This document shows, piece after piece, positions 12,661-27,580 of a DNA stretch of 64,000 nt (position 1 is its first letter; each line of letters opens with the position of its first letter). The notes under the pieces were generated by a model. It worked only from the letters and a program-made list of their open reading frames with translations. It had not been told where the DNA came from and did not search any database. Source of the stretch: the human T2T-CHM13v2.0 reference genome, Homo sapiens; assembly GCF_009914755.1 (NCBI RefSeq), contig NC_060926.1, one strand, 5' to 3'. Position numbers and translations under genes: made by a program.

Positions 12661-14284
12661 GATAACATAAAAACAAAGTAAGAACTCCCTAAAATTTTAC
12701 ATTGTTTCAATTAATTTTGACATTTTTATTTTATACAAGATTCTAGCCATAAATATGGCAATTTTGTATCTTGAAAATGTGACAAATATACTTTAAAATG
12801 TCTACTTGTTCCTTTGTTTAAAATAAAATGCTTGCCAGATCAAATAAATTTAAATATTTTTAGCTATATTGGTACTAAACATTTCCCTGTCATACCAATA
12901 TGTAAAGTTGTTCTAAATCTGCTTTCATGAACATGCCATTTGAGCTAATTACTTTAGAGTAAATGCAGCTCTCAAATAATTGCTAAACCTTAGGAAATGC
13001 TTTCAATAATTGACTTAGTTTTCATAAGCAAAACTTGTGTTACTAAATCTGAATTAAATGCACATTTGAGACACTTAAAGTGTTAACATGTCAAATATTT
13101 TAATAGTGTAATAAAAATAACTTGTAGAATTAATGCCAAAAATAATTCAAACACTGCATTCACATTTTTTTACAAATTTTCTGTCATTCAAAAATGTTGT
13201 GTGGTATTTTCATGTGAATTGTGTCATCTGCAATGAATATGTTTTTCTACTAATTGATATAATCTAAATTGAAAATATTGTATTTCCTAAAGTACAAATT
13301 TCCAACTTCTGTGACTTACATGAGATAGAAAGTCTAATTTTAGAAGTGATATAAGTAGAGATAGTGAAAAATACAAAATATTGCAGAAAACTTGATATAT
13401 TCATATACAGATATATAAATGTTAACTTATTCACAATTATAATTCTTTAGTAATTTTTTCACAATATTTTTACTCGTATTTTTACACATAATATTCAATT
13501 GGGAGGAAGAATGCACAGTTCTAGTCTTTCTAAAAAAAATTATCTAGTGTTTGCCTCTCATTGACTCTACATATATACAAATATAAAACATTTCTTTATC
13601 TTTTATCTTATTCCAAAAATAATTTAAGGGATGGGTAGCTAGATTGATGGCTTAGTGGCCATAATATCTCAAGCATAATATTTTCTCCTTGACCAATCTC
13701 GGTTTCTGCTAAAGATGAAAAACTCTGGACTGTGTCTCATGCTCAAACAGATTAAACTCTCTAATGTAATATCAAGAAAAAGTATGTTTTACTGAAGAAA
13801 TGAAGAAGTATTTATATTACCTTTCATATATCTACATTAAACAAGTTTCAAATATTGCATTTCTTTCACTGAAGTTCTCCCTTGCCCAACCACCTCACTT
13901 CTTTCTTTATCTCCGCTAGCCTCTAAGGAACTCTTTCTGTTCTTCTTAACGACTAACTTAAAATTTACATTTAAATAAGTAGTTGCACGAAGAAAACTAC
14001 ATAGTATTTTTCAGTCATGCCCATCCCCTACTAACCTACTTCAACAGCAGTTTCTTAGAGTTCTCAGAAAATACAATAATCATGAGAGATATAATTAAGG
14101 CTTATAAAATAAGATTTCTCTCTAAATGGTGAGATTTGTGAATATATATATGTAATGAATATATATAATAAATACATAATGAATATATAATGTATTTATA
14201 TGCCCCTGTAGATGTAACCATGCTACAGTGAATAATAGAGACATTCTAGAGATTTCTGTCAGTGAAGACAGACACATGATTTTG

Positions 14285-14430
14285 ATACTGAAGGACCTTG
14301 ACTTTTGAAATCAAGACAACTAGATTCACATTCCATGTCAACCACTAGTTAATTCCCATTAACTATAACTTGTTCTCCCTTATGTGTGGGAAATATTAAC
14401 CTCATAGCTATATTAAGTCAATTTCAGTAC
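14285..14430 (+). mobile_element. MIR fragment
   Basis: aaggaccttgacttttgaaatcaagacaactagattcacattccatgtcaaccactag resembles the MIR 5' core. Confidence 0.45.
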
Positions 14431-15963
14431 ATTCGAGTTGGCAATATATGGATTTTTGAAGTAAATAGAAAATATAGGAAAAACAACCATGAGCCTCAAT
14501 CTATCATTCCTTTTCAATGGCCTAACAAAAAGGAATGTAAATGATGTTTGACCCACATATATGACTAACAATGCTAGAATAGATCCAAGTCTTTTCCAGG
14601 TACAGAATTGGGAAAAATTGAATAAATGGTTTCTTATTTCAACTTTACCAATCTATGACATTCTTACACTCCCCTTAACTCAATTCTTTTTTCTCCCTAC
14701 TGTGAGCAATAATCACACCATTTCTCCCCCATCTTTCTTTTCTTATCAAAATTTCTCTCTCCTATTTCTGTAGGGCTCCATCTTTGACTTTGTTTTAACT
14801 TGAAAAAAGATTCACAGTTTAGAATTGTACAATAGATGAGTTTCTTACTTCCTTTAATGGAGAGATAGCAATTGTGCCTAAATGGTTATATTCCAGGGCA
14901 ATGTAAATGTAATGGTAGTATATGGATAAGGTAGTACATATATTAATATGCTACATTATCAACGTGATGGTAATATGCAGGATTATTTCTCCTGACATAT
15001 TAAAATATAATTTTGAAGGTACTTTCAAATCTTTAAACCTGTTTCTCTAGTCTCTGATATCTGTGCATTCAAGTCAAATTAAAATCATTGTTTCATAGAT
15101 TTCTGTTCAAGAAAAACATATTTTCTATGAAAATTTGTACACATTTTGGAGATTACTTTATAATAATTTTTTTCCATAGGAAATATAAGCTATAAATACA
15201 TTGGATCAGTAAAAAATAATCCAAGGAGAAAAGAGGTTTGTAAGAAATCCTGATCTGTTTTGGAGCCAATAGAAGGCCTCTGGACAGTCAGGGTTTCCAC
15301 AAGCGGTGGAAAATGAACAGCAGAGTGAGCAGACAAGGCTTTGCTCTTCTGTTGTACCTCTTCTTCACCCAGAAACTTATTCTTCTGCATAAATTGAGAT
15401 CTTATATAAAATTTTATTTGATGTAAGTTTCCAAACATTTTACAAATGTGAAAACATTGAGTTAGTGAGTATAAAATAGCCTTACAAATCTTCAGATTAG
15501 AGCCTTCATCTTCCCTGATGGCCTCTACTCCTGCCTGATGCCTAGCATTGCTCTTGGCCGAGGGCAGCAGGCATTTATGGAATGGAGGCTCAGCAACAGG
15601 ACTTTGTTCTCTTGTTTGATCTGGTAGAGACTTGGTTCCTGAGATCCTGTTTTTATTTTCATAGCTTTTTTTTTTTTTGCTTCTTTTTACAATTTAACAC
15701 TCCCCTTTCAAACAGGATTGGGCCCCTAAAATAATATTTTCATGTTGTGACTGTTTCTTGGCCATAATGGGATGTACTATGTTAAATCTGTAAATGGGAT
15801 TACATGACACTGGCTGTGGGAAGTATAGGAATACATGTACTAGAAAGCTGCCCTCATTTATACACGCACCCTTATCAGAACTGAAGTTTACAGTTGCTTT
15901 GAACAGCTCCAGGATGCAACATTCACCTTCACAGTTTAGATTTCTAGAATTATTATGACCTTA

Positions 15964-15981
15964 TGCCAGCAGATGGCAGTA
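15964..15981 (+). promoter_or_regulatory. CTCF core motif
   Basis: TGCCAGCAGATGGCAGTA. CCAGCAGATGGCAG fits the CTCF core CCASYAGRKGGCRS at all 14 positions and lies in unique sequence. Confidence 0.6.
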
Positions 15982-16855
15982 AAATATTTTATTTTTAAGA
16001 AGGCAAAATATTCTAATTAGCACAAGTTGCACAGGGTGGATTTCTACTACCAAACACAGTATGGATTGATTTTTAAAAGTTGGTAATTGTTCATTAAATG
16101 AATGGATGCCCTGCATGCCAATTAAAAACAACTGTGGAAAATTGTCATAAATGAAATGAAGTGAATGATTCTGGATTTAATATTAAGGTAAAAATGTGGT
16201 GGCCCAAATTTTTTGAAGTCTTGTTTCAGTCCATTTTCCCTTGCCTGTGAAAGTCTGAAATCATTCTATATCTATACCTTGGCAAAATATTCTGAGAAGT
16301 GAGAAACTGGCACATGTTGGCATGGATACCTAACATCCACACCGTTTCCCTCTGACAAGTTATTAACAGAAATGCTTCACTGAAACTGATGGGCTTTGCT
16401 TTACTGAGGAAGCATTTTCTGCCAAAATATTTCTTTTCTGTAACAGGGCCAACCGAAATGGTCGATTTGGGTTCTTGCTTTAATCTCCTTTACTTCTTTC
16501 TTCAATTAGATGTAAATTTCACAGACTTGGCTTATAGAGATCATCAAACATTTACTAAGTACTTATATTATTATTTCCTTCCCATTTTCCTATTCCTAAC
16601 CTAATCCAGCTCTCATTCTTTTATGTATCTTTCTCAAAGAATTTTAAACTGATCTCTCTGTCTCTAGCTCTTCTTTTTTCCCTCCAGTGCATCAAATGCT
16701 GATAAATTATTATTATTTTTTATATATGGCCCTGTGACTTTTGGTGATTTGTCTCACCTGTTAATTTGGCGTGTGGAATGGTTCTAGAATCACCTTGAGG
16801 TCTAGTGTGCCTTAAATGCCCGTAGGTTTTGTTTACTTTCTATATTCTTTTCTTT

Positions 16856-16858
<3 letters not shown>

Positions 16859-16894
<36 letters not shown>
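16859..16894 (+). repeat. (TG)18 microsatellite
   Basis: Uninterrupted TG run. Confidence 0.97.
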
Positions 16895-16896
<2 letters not shown>

Positions 16897-17779
16897 AATT
16901 CAGAAAGATTGAGAGTGATTCTGCCAGTGGCACCGTCTTCCCAGAATCCTCTCAATTAAAGTGTTTTTAATTAAATTCAAGTATGTAATATATGTATAAT
17001 TTTCAGTACAGCATACATAGTGTAGCCACTTTATATCTATTGACATTTTATACCTATCTATTGACATTTTTATATCAATAGCTACTCTCATTCTTGATAT
17101 ATGCAATCAGAATATTGGGAAATATATATGCAAAATAGTAAAGTTAGTTATGACTCCTAGTATTTTATGATTGATAGAATTGTAGGTGTTTTTTTAAACT
17201 TCTCTCTTGAGTCTTTTTAATGAATAGAAAGACATGTATATGTACATATTTGAAAAAATTAATGCAAATTAGAATCAAAATTTAGATAGACTTACCCTGG
17301 AAAACTTTGGCAATTGGTTACCACATCTATGGCTAAGAAAATGAAAGATTTTCTTATGCCTAGTCAGTCACACACCAAGGGAAAAAAAAAAGAGAGAAGG
17401 AATGAGGAACAAAGTAAAGTGACAAACTTTACAAAAAAGCATAATACTATTACAAAGCAAGTTAAAACATAATGTAATTTTATTCAATGAATACAGCTTA
17501 AGAATTCATTTGAACTTGATACTTGGCACTTTCTCTTTTGAATGATACACACTTAATGATAAAGATTATGTTTCATTTTGTATAGGTCAAAAAGGGTTTG
17601 GTATGGCTATCAATAATGATTAAATTATCTTTATATTATAAACCTACTTTATTAATTTTTAATTATTATAATCAACTTATAAACACAGGTTATCAAAGGT
17701 TTGCATATATTTTAGGCAATAAATAGATGCTATAATCTTGAATCATAAAGTAATTGTAGATCTGAAAACCCACAAGAAG

Positions 17780-18210
17780 TGAAAGTGAATCGAACCACAT
17801 ATGGAGAAGTATATATATGGGCCAGTTTCTTAGTTGACATAGTGGTCATTACACAGGCTAAAGTGAATAGTAACAGAAATAAATAAGTATCTTCCTCACA
17901 GAGAAAAATAAGGACAAATAAGGAAACTAAATGTTTGCATGAACAAATGAAAGGAGTTAGTACAAATATGCTCAATTCTTTAATCTGTGCTGCAGTAAAT
18001 CCTGCCTACATTAGATATATGCAGAAATGGAGTAAAAACATAGTATTTAGAGTTTGATGACAATCTAAAGAACAAAAATGAAATAAAATGTTAACGCTAG
18101 AAAATGGGACTAAGAGTGGAAGAACTTTTATATTTTATTTTATAGAATTTTGTATTGTTCAGAGTTTTTTTTACACATGCATGAGTTATTTTTATAGTGA
18201 CAAAAATAAA
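17780..18210 (+). mobile_element. Decayed L1ME-like 3' end
   Basis: aatgaaaggagttagtacaaatatgctc...aaaatgttaacgctagaaaatggga...tttgtattgttcagagttttttttacacatgcatgagttattttta. Confidence 0.4.
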
Positions 18211-21200
18211 TGTTCATTGATGATTATCACATGTTAGCTCTACACCAGTATATCAGGATGTTTTATTATGAAGTACTTCTTTTAAAATGTCTTTCATCTT
18301 CTATTCTGATATAGGTCAAAGGTATTTTTTACTTAGTTTTTGCCAAACATTTAAAGGCAGAATACTAGGTACATTTAAATGACTTGAATGTTTGCACATA
18401 TTATATTGCCAAAAATTGCTTTTTAAAAAACAACTTACAGAAAGTTGTGTGGTATCGAAACCTAAAAAGAATGCATAAAAGCTGATTTGCATAACACTAA
18501 CAAAGAGTAAAATAACCCTTTTTAATAAAATGCAATTTTATGAGTCCAATTGATGAAAACATTTAATAACAATTGAGCAAATTAGAGAGAATTTTATGAA
18601 TCTATGTATTATTTACTAATGTAATAGAGAAAATTGGATGTGCAATATGAGGGAACTTGAATTTCACAATTTTTATGTAACCCTAATCTTGCTCTAAAAT
18701 AAAAAGTTTATTTTATAAGCCATTCAAAATCAAATTGAGAGTAGCATAACTTTTTACAGCCACTGCGTTTTTCAAAAAGTTTTCCTTTCAAAAGAAATGA
18801 CCTTCTCTCTACTCAGAAGACTGCATTGCAATTTTAAATAGTCAAACCGGTTCACTAGTCACATCTCTGAAATTTACTGTGCTTCCCACCAATAAGCAAA
18901 GTATGGAAATATGTACAGGCACTAACCAGTTGAATCATTTCATGGTTATCCAATCAGTTTAGCCATCTTGAAATCAATGGCTCCTCATGACACAATTGAT
19001 TGAGCGACAGTGATCAGTGTTGATGGTGAAAGTGTCAGCAATGATTGAATTGGCTGTGTTGCAGGTTAGATTAGCTGCCTATACTGGAAGTATTTCAGGT
19101 GGTAAAACTACAGAGGCATTCTTATTGGCAGTTAGATTTGGGGCAGTACAACTAACATTGTCATTCCCATTAGCTACTTTAAATTATCCATTCCTTTACA
19201 ACCTTAGGATGTCATTTGTTAAATACTACATGTTCTCCTGGAAAAAAAAAAGTAGTTTTCTGTTTAGATTGAATGGTCATTTTGATTAGAGCACTGGTGT
19301 TTACCTGTTTAAAGCAATTATAGAAAACACACATTCTATTGCAGATATTGTAGTCTTAGCAGTCAAGGAACTACTGTGACCTTCAAGAACCAAAAAAAAA
19401 AAAAAAAAAAAAAAGCAACAAAAAAGGAAGAAAATATATTTTATATGAGAATCCAAGAACTATTAAGGTATTGGTAATTTTTTAAAATATGAAAAAGTCT
19501 ATAACCTTGCTATGATTACTCGTTAAAATTTAGCCGATACCTGCTCCCCATCAAAGATGAACTTTAAACAGGCTTCCATGTCTGTTGTATAAACGTCTCA
19601 GCTAGTTCACGTGTGAGTTGAAAATGTAGTAAAAGTACTTTTTACCTTCTATCTTGAAGGAAAGTTGACTCTATGCTGTTATAAAGCCAGAACCTTGGAG
19701 GAGAAAGTGATGGAACAAGAATTAAAACCATTTTTATTCTCTCAAAATTTAAGACAGCAAAATCCTGAATTTGGTTAAAATAGTAAACAATTGACTTACT
19801 CTAGGTAAAAAGCATATGACACAATATAGAATAGTAGTTTACATTTTCAAATAAAAGCATGCCACATTATAATAAAGGCAGGTTATTTGCCATCTTTTAT
19901 TTTATTTTCCATTACCATGACATGCAGCTCGAAGTCCTACAAAAAGGGAAGTCACATCTTCAAGTAATTTCCTCAGTTTCTACTAGATGGAGCCAAAGTA
20001 TAAAAAATAGGTCCTTGTGGAGCTACACATTATAAGGAACCCTAACTAAAGCTGTTTCGTTAGTGTAATAAAGCAATGGAAAATTATAAGAAACTAAGTT
20101 TATATCTAAGGCCATTTACTAGAATCATTTGAACTTCAATCATGGTCCATTCACATACTTTTTTGTGAAAAATTCTTTATATTTAAAACATATACTCTCA
20201 TGGAATGTTTCTAGATTCATTTGCCAATTATTGATATTTTTCTCATATGTATATATTTTAAAGTCATTAGTAATAATAACCATTATTTGAAACATATACA
20301 GCAAAATACAGTTTAGTCAATTTTTTTCTAAAATTACTTTTATTTTTGTTCAGAAAAAGGAAAAGAGGGAAAAGAAAATGATCAGTGAAAGAAATGATGA
20401 AGTACGCTACCAAATCAAAGAATAGTTTATAGTAACTTAAAAAGTTAAAGATAAGAAAGAAATGTTAACATAATTTGTTTGAACTATTCATTTACATGTT
20501 ATTTTTTAAAAAAATTGTTTCCTGTATCACATCGCTAAATTGTCCATGTCATGACTAGCTAGCAGTGTAGACTCCCCTTACTTTTCAGACACTTTTTGGC
20601 TAGCTGAGTGGTGAGCTAAATAAATCAAAAAAAAAAAAAGGAACAAAAGTTTTCTGTTGTAATTTTGCTACTTTAGGTATAATCTTATTTTAATGTCTTA
20701 GAAAGTAACAAGAATTTTTGAATATACAAATAAAACTGAATGTAAATACCTTCTTTTTGTTGGGATTTTTTTTAACTTTTTTCTAGGGATAGAAGCCTAC
20801 AAAGTCAATCACAAAGAAAATTAATGTATTGATAAATTATTTTAATTAAATAATAGAATTTGTGATTTCAAAAATCATATTTGTCAGTATGTAAATTATT
20901 TGCAACTTCATAACACGGTTAAATTTATTTCATATACATGAAGGAGGTACTCTTGAGATCTTTGACAAACAGTTGAATCCCAGGATGATGATGGCAGGAA
21001 CCTTCTTTGACTAAGTTATTCACATTTATAAAATTTACTTCATTAGTTATTTTAGCAACTCTTCTTTTTCACTGGTTGTATGTTACCAATCTTCCTAGAT
21101 AACGTTAAAAAACAGCAGTTTGAGTAATGAAACATTTTCCCATAAACCAATTTATTTGCCATCTTTAAAGCAAACATATTAGATGAGTAATTCTATTCTC

Positions 21201-24200
21201 TGTAATTCTACTAAATCAATCGTTTGAGTAGCTTAGTAATGTATAATCATGCCTTTTACAGATAAGCTAGGCCTATTGCTTCAATCCCAAGAGTCTATAA
21301 CATACGGGTTCTGTTTACTACACAAAACTGCAACTTATCAATATTATCAGGCTACTCAAATAACAGTTGAGGTCAGGTTTAAAAAAAACACAAATTTAAA
21401 TATCTTTTGTGGCAATATATTGAAAAACATCTAGTTGTTTTATTGATTTTTCTACTTGTTAATTGGTTAAATCAAGGTTGTGTTGTTATAACCATAGAGA
21501 CGTTTAGGTGAAATAAATAGTAAATATAGTAGTAATTAGGCACCACATCGATAGAGCAGCAAGAGAGAGGTTGTGGTTTTTCAAAATGATTCAATATATC
21601 CTAAAATTTATATTGAGATTTTAGAGGGTGAATTTGATTGTAGTAAATATTTGTAAAATATGTTAGTGAACTAATTATCAGCCAGTTTTTCATTCTCATG
21701 AACAATTTGTGGAAATAAACTGGCATGTATTAAAGCAAAAAAAAATGCTTTGACAAAGCCAAAAAAATCAGATTTATAAGATCTCGCAGGTTATCAGAAT
21801 GATAATGTCTAATAACCTCAAATAAATAAGTTTTTTTCAAAGAAATTAAAATTCTTCACATGCATTATTATTCAAAGTCTTATGGATTTACAGCTGTTAT
21901 TGTAGCTCAGGCCAAAAAACATAACAAAGTAAGAAAATTCATAAAACCAGATAATTTATCAATAAAATTATATATTTTGTTCGAAATCATATAAGAATAA
22001 CAAATATAGAAAGAAAGCAACGAAAGAAAAGGAGGAGAGAGAGCACAAGCAAGAGAGAGCATGTGCAGAAAGAAAAATACAAAGTGTAAAAAGTTGGAGG
22101 AAGAATTTAAAACATAAAATGTGTCTTGATTTTAATTAATTATTTAATGAATATTTTCTTTAACAATATACAATTTAGTTTATAAATGTTTTCAACGAAA
22201 ATATTTATTGTGAAATCCAACAGGTATGCTCCTAACATTGTTATTGGACCACACGCATATCTGTTTTTATTGTATTTGGTCTTTGTCTTTTAACTGGGAA
22301 TGGGAGCTGTAATTTCCCAAGTTTTGCTCTCAAGTCACATTATCAGGCAGAGATTATACCTGCCTTATTTATGTTTTCGTGTTGTTTGGTTTGTTACTAA
22401 AAAAAATTCCTATAACCGAGTACAGATTTATATATATATGACAAATAATTTGGACTTGCACTCACCTATTCTTCACTAATAATCCTGAATTAGAATATGC
22501 AACTACTAAAAATAAGTAGGTAAATAATCACAATATACTAAAAGTAACTTCATTTTATAATAGTTAAACTGAAGAAAAATCTGCTATTTATTTTAATATT
22601 GTTACTATGGTGGATAAGATGAAAGATACATAAGGAAACTTACAGAACAAAAAATAAGTGAATAACAAATGACCCTTAGCTCTTTTAAGAAGATATAATG
22701 CTGACTTTTTAATTTATTTATCAGAAAGGGAGTCTTAGTATCTGTTTATTACTATTAAAATCAGGATATTTTAATTTTTCTACATATAAACTAAAAATAT
22801 ATGTAGGTTTCCATGGCATCAGGTAGCACCTTTCCTGTTCGAAAAAGCTTATATATTAGACAATTGAGAAAATTTTGTAATATCATCTGAAATTTTAGGG
22901 ATTGGAATATAAAATTTGTTTTCTGCATGAAACATTAAAAAAGAAAGGTACCATGTCATTACACATTATTGAGTGAGGGGAAAGTGGGTGATGCAACATC
23001 TTTATACCATAACATTTTTTTTTCAATTTTGGGGGTCATATGTCTACATAAAACACTTTAGAATATAGCTGATATAAAAATTGATGTGAAGCAATATTTC
23101 GAATGTTATACATTTTTATCCTGCACTGGGATATCTTCCCTTACTCTGTTCCCTGCCTATAGATGATATGCCTAAAGTGTTAAGGATAATCTATCAAACA
23201 ACACATTTTGTTAAACATCTGCTGAAGAAGAGTTCAAAGTCTTGGAGTGCAGCCACAAAGACCAGAAGTAGAACAAAGTCAACTCTTCCTGTTGCTCCAC
23301 TCTTTTAAAAATTTTATTTATCAGCTACTTAACGGGCCCAGAAGTTTGTAGGTGGAAAATATATTAGAGATTACTTTGTCAGATCCACACATTTTTTTTT
23401 CCCAGAGGAAACTGAAGCCGAAGAACCTGTCTCTTAAATTTAAGCTTATATAATTAACTAATAGTAAAGATAATCCTAAAATCTATTTCCACTGATTTTA
23501 GTTCTTATTCTTTTTTTATTTCAGTTCTTATTTTTAAATCACTTTTGCCCAAATTTCAGGCAAGCAATTACAATTAAAATGTGTATTCCTATAAATTTAT
23601 ATTTCTCTCAATAAAGGTATAAGTTGTTTTCAAGTTTTAACAGGATGATGTGATAAGTAGTCATTGCCATGGAGAAACATGAATTATGATCTTGAAGAAC
23701 TTTGACCTCCATGTTTTAGAAGAGCTGGTTTTATGCTGGAAGCAAAAAGTGGAGATGGGTAAAAGAAAAGAAATAACTAATGATCATTTTGTTAGCTAAA
23801 GTTTTACAAATACTGTTTTCGAAAAGCAAAGGTTAAATAAAAGATATGCTTTCAGTACAATTGATTGTAAAGATCTATTGAATGAGAAAATATCAGAGAT
23901 GCTATAAACTCAGGTCACAGACTGATGGAAAATCATAGGATGTTTTACTATTGAACATGAACTTCCCACATAAAAATAAGGCTGCATAAAAAGGCAAAAA
24001 AGGGAGGGAGTTCATTTTGTCCTTTGTGTTATCTTGTATGGATAATTTATCTAACACTAAAACAGACATTGGGAGTGCTCTATTATTTCATAGAATATTA
24101 AGTTAAAGTGCTATCTAATAGCCAAACACTTGCCTTCTAACCTTAACCAGGATTTCAGTTAAAAGATCAGTTTAGAATCTCATCACTAGATGGCATTGTT

Positions 24201-27200
24201 ACACTTGAATACAATTTAAATAATACAATGACCAAATGAGCTAGTTAAATTAGTAGACAATTATCCCGGTTCTCCTCTTCCTTTTATGAGATGAAGCTGG
24301 TTACTTAGCCTGCAGGATAAATCCTATAGGATGCCCCACTCAGTCAGGGCTGCTTTTTCACAAGCTCTCTCTTCCCAGCTTTCACCTCAATCTGTCATAC
24401 AGATTTGACACCGCATCGTTCCAACAGTACTCAGAAATGACATGTATATAATGTGGAATATTGTGCACATTTACAGCCGGGGCTCTTTCTCTTAAACATC
24501 GCTGGCTATATCTTGGCTTCTGGATTCTGCCTTGCTCAGTGTTCTTTACTTTTCACATATAAATGGATGCCTAACCCAAACTTTTATTATTACGATTATC
24601 TTAAAGCAAAACCAGAGGACAGCATACCTGATTTCTGTCATTTTTTCTGTTAGTATTTTCAAGCTTCCACTGAGCTTCCTGTAAGCTAATGAAGGCCATG
24701 GGACATACAGGGCAATGCTAACACATGATATTTTTATGATTCAGTTCCATGAATACTGCAAATGAAGTTAAGTGACATTCTATTGAAAGAGGTTCTTCTT
24801 TACTTCTTTATTTATTTCCTTAAGATCAACAAGACCAGTTCAATAAGCCTAGCAACCCATTTTCTTCCCCAGAATAGGCCTTAGCTTTGTTTTCTTATGT
24901 TATCATAATCTAGCACTTTTCCTGTTCTAAGTGAAAACCCACTGAAGAAGCAAAACCATTCCATTATGAGTGTTATCAAAAAGCAATACCATGCTGTTTT
25001 TAAATGAATACAAATCCAAAATGCATTGTAAAGTGTACCCAGCCCACACTTAGGTGACATCACCCACACATTCTGTGTGTGATTACTGTACATCGCATCT
25101 GCATATTTCACAAGAAGTACAATGCATTGTGGGTGGTGGTTTCTATTTACAAGAAGGGATGCTGGAAATACCCACATCACAAAGTGATATTTTTGTTTTA
25201 TTAACATAATAGGGCACAGTTGTTTTGGCAGATTGCAATACAGCTGTAGTATATACTTTCTGACTAGGATTGCTACTTTATTCTTTTTCAAATGCCCTCC
25301 TCCATCCCCAAATCTGTACTTTCCCATGAATCTGAAAAATGAACTCTTTACATTCTTCTAACAGAAACCTTCTGAACACATACCTTCAATTCCTATGAAG
25401 AGAACATTGAAACCACAGGGCAGAGCGAGCAACAATATAAGCCACCTAATTAATTAATAGTTCACTATAAACAATGAACTACATGTAAATATTACAGTCC
25501 TTTTACATCCAAAGAACTAAGATTACACATGATAATTTTATTTGGCATTAATATGCACTAAGCAGAAGAATTTCTGCAGGAATTTATAATATAATGCAAA
25601 CTTCTGTTAGACTGCTAACAGGCAAGAGGAAACTGGAAAAAAAAAGGGCTGGCTAAGTTAGCCTACAATCATCACTTACTTGAAGGAAAAGGCAGATCCT
25701 ATTAGCTACAATTCTCAACACTCATAGTACTAAAATGTACAGTAATATAATTACATATATTTAACAGATTTTAGAGAACTTTCTTGACAAAGTACCCAGG
25801 GTCAAGATTTTTAAGCTCAAATTTGAATGTCTGTTTACCTTGTAAAATAATGTGTTATTAATTAATTCAGAAATTTGTTCATATATCATACAGGCTTACG
25901 AAGATGTTAAAAGCAAAATAGTTTTCTCCAGGCCAATATTTTCAAATAATTCTTGTTTTCAAATAATTCTTCCTGTTTACATTCTCATATTCCTTTTGAT
26001 GCATTTGAAGATCACAAAGTAAAATGTTTCCTGATTCAGAATTTGGCTGTATGCAAATTTATATTTCCTGAGAGAGCACATGTAACTACTGAAACTGTGA
26101 ATGAGAGAACCATTTTAATATTGTGTATTTGTATGGTTTTATAATTTATAATGTGGCTTAACGAATACTGATGTTGAAAATGAAACCCAGTTGTAATTCT
26201 ACTAGCCAATGTTCTGATCAGCTCCTTAATTTAAATTTTACATGAAGCAAATTAAAGATTTTTAGTACAGTATTCCAAAGTCACTTTATATAAATGTTTT
26301 CTTAATATAATTTGTGATAAGTATTCATTTTCTTTGTAGAAAAAAAGGAAGCTTATTCTTTGAAGAAAAAAATATAAGCTACATAAAAACATTAGTCTGC
26401 TGAAGGATATTTCCATTGTTATTGTTCTCCCCTGAACATCCTAAAGAACTGCTATGAGTATGATTTAAGTTCCTACAGTGTAGATAATCTACAGTGTATT
26501 TCTCAAATGGTTATCTCCCGAGCTTCCTCATTAGTGCTCTTCCTCTCTCTCACAGGCGCACACACACACTTAGATGTGGACACTTACACTCACATACACT
26601 AGCTTTAGCTCTTTACTTCTCTATCAATTTTAAATTTATCCCTGAAGCTTGAAAGAGATATACATTGCATTGAACCTTGTAAATAGAGCTATCTATATCA
26701 GCACCCTTAGGGAAAATAGAGTGCCTTCACATGGCATAGAACTTTGTCTGAAAAAGTTTACATGTAATATAATTTTCTTTATTTTTTAATATAATGTTTA
26801 GTATGTATGTCTATCTAACTTGGCAAAACTATTTTGTCTATCACACTGACACGTTTTTAATCTTTTAAATATATTTTAAATGAGAAGCTGAAATAAACAA
26901 CCCAGACCACCACTTGCATTGTTTGATTATTAATTCTGAATTCACTTCTCACAGAGTTTTTAAAAATAAATTCCTGACAGCAGATAATTCTGTTACAATC
27001 ACCATGATAACCAATGGCCATTTTATTTGCAGTCTGCCTGTTTACAACTCTGTTTTAATATTGCCTTAAAGTATGACAGTGTGCTTTAAGACAAATTCAA
27101 AAGACATTTAGATGGCTTTATAAATGTAATTTCTTTTAGCATGACTTTAAATTTTTTAAAAAATGTGTTGTCTTATAAATTACAGGGGTTCATGTGTAAG

Positions 27201-27449
27201 CATTATTCAATTTTATTTGTATGAATTGCCTTGATGATGTTTTCCCTCAGAAAAGGATTGGGTTAAGGTAGACATAATCTTTAATTATTAGGCTTATAAA
27301 TTTATTTCACTAAAAAGCCTACAATGCATTAATAGTGTTATTGATTTTATAAAACAAGTTCACTTTGCATTAACACAAGGTTCTCTTGAGGGATAGCTGG
27401 TGAGAAGTAAGTAGTTGCTTTGTAGGCACAAATGTCAGAGGGTAGGAAA

Positions 27450-27580
27450 GCACAGTGAAAGAATATTGGGACCAAAATTTGATAATCTAGTTCCTATCTC
27501 TGCCATTTTTATTAGCTATGTTACCTTTCGCTAGCTTCTAACATCACAGATCTCTATTTTGCTCATCTGTAAAATGATAC
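27450..27580 (+). mobile_element. MIR
   Basis: cacagtgaaagaatattgggac...tctctgccatttttattagctatgttacctt...gctcatctgtaaaatg, the MIR core. Confidence 0.7.

Noticed and set aside
24881-25327. 148-aa minus-strand ORF in unique sequence
   Set aside because: It has no recognisable homology or domain and no clear flanking splice or promoter signals, and is compatible with chance.
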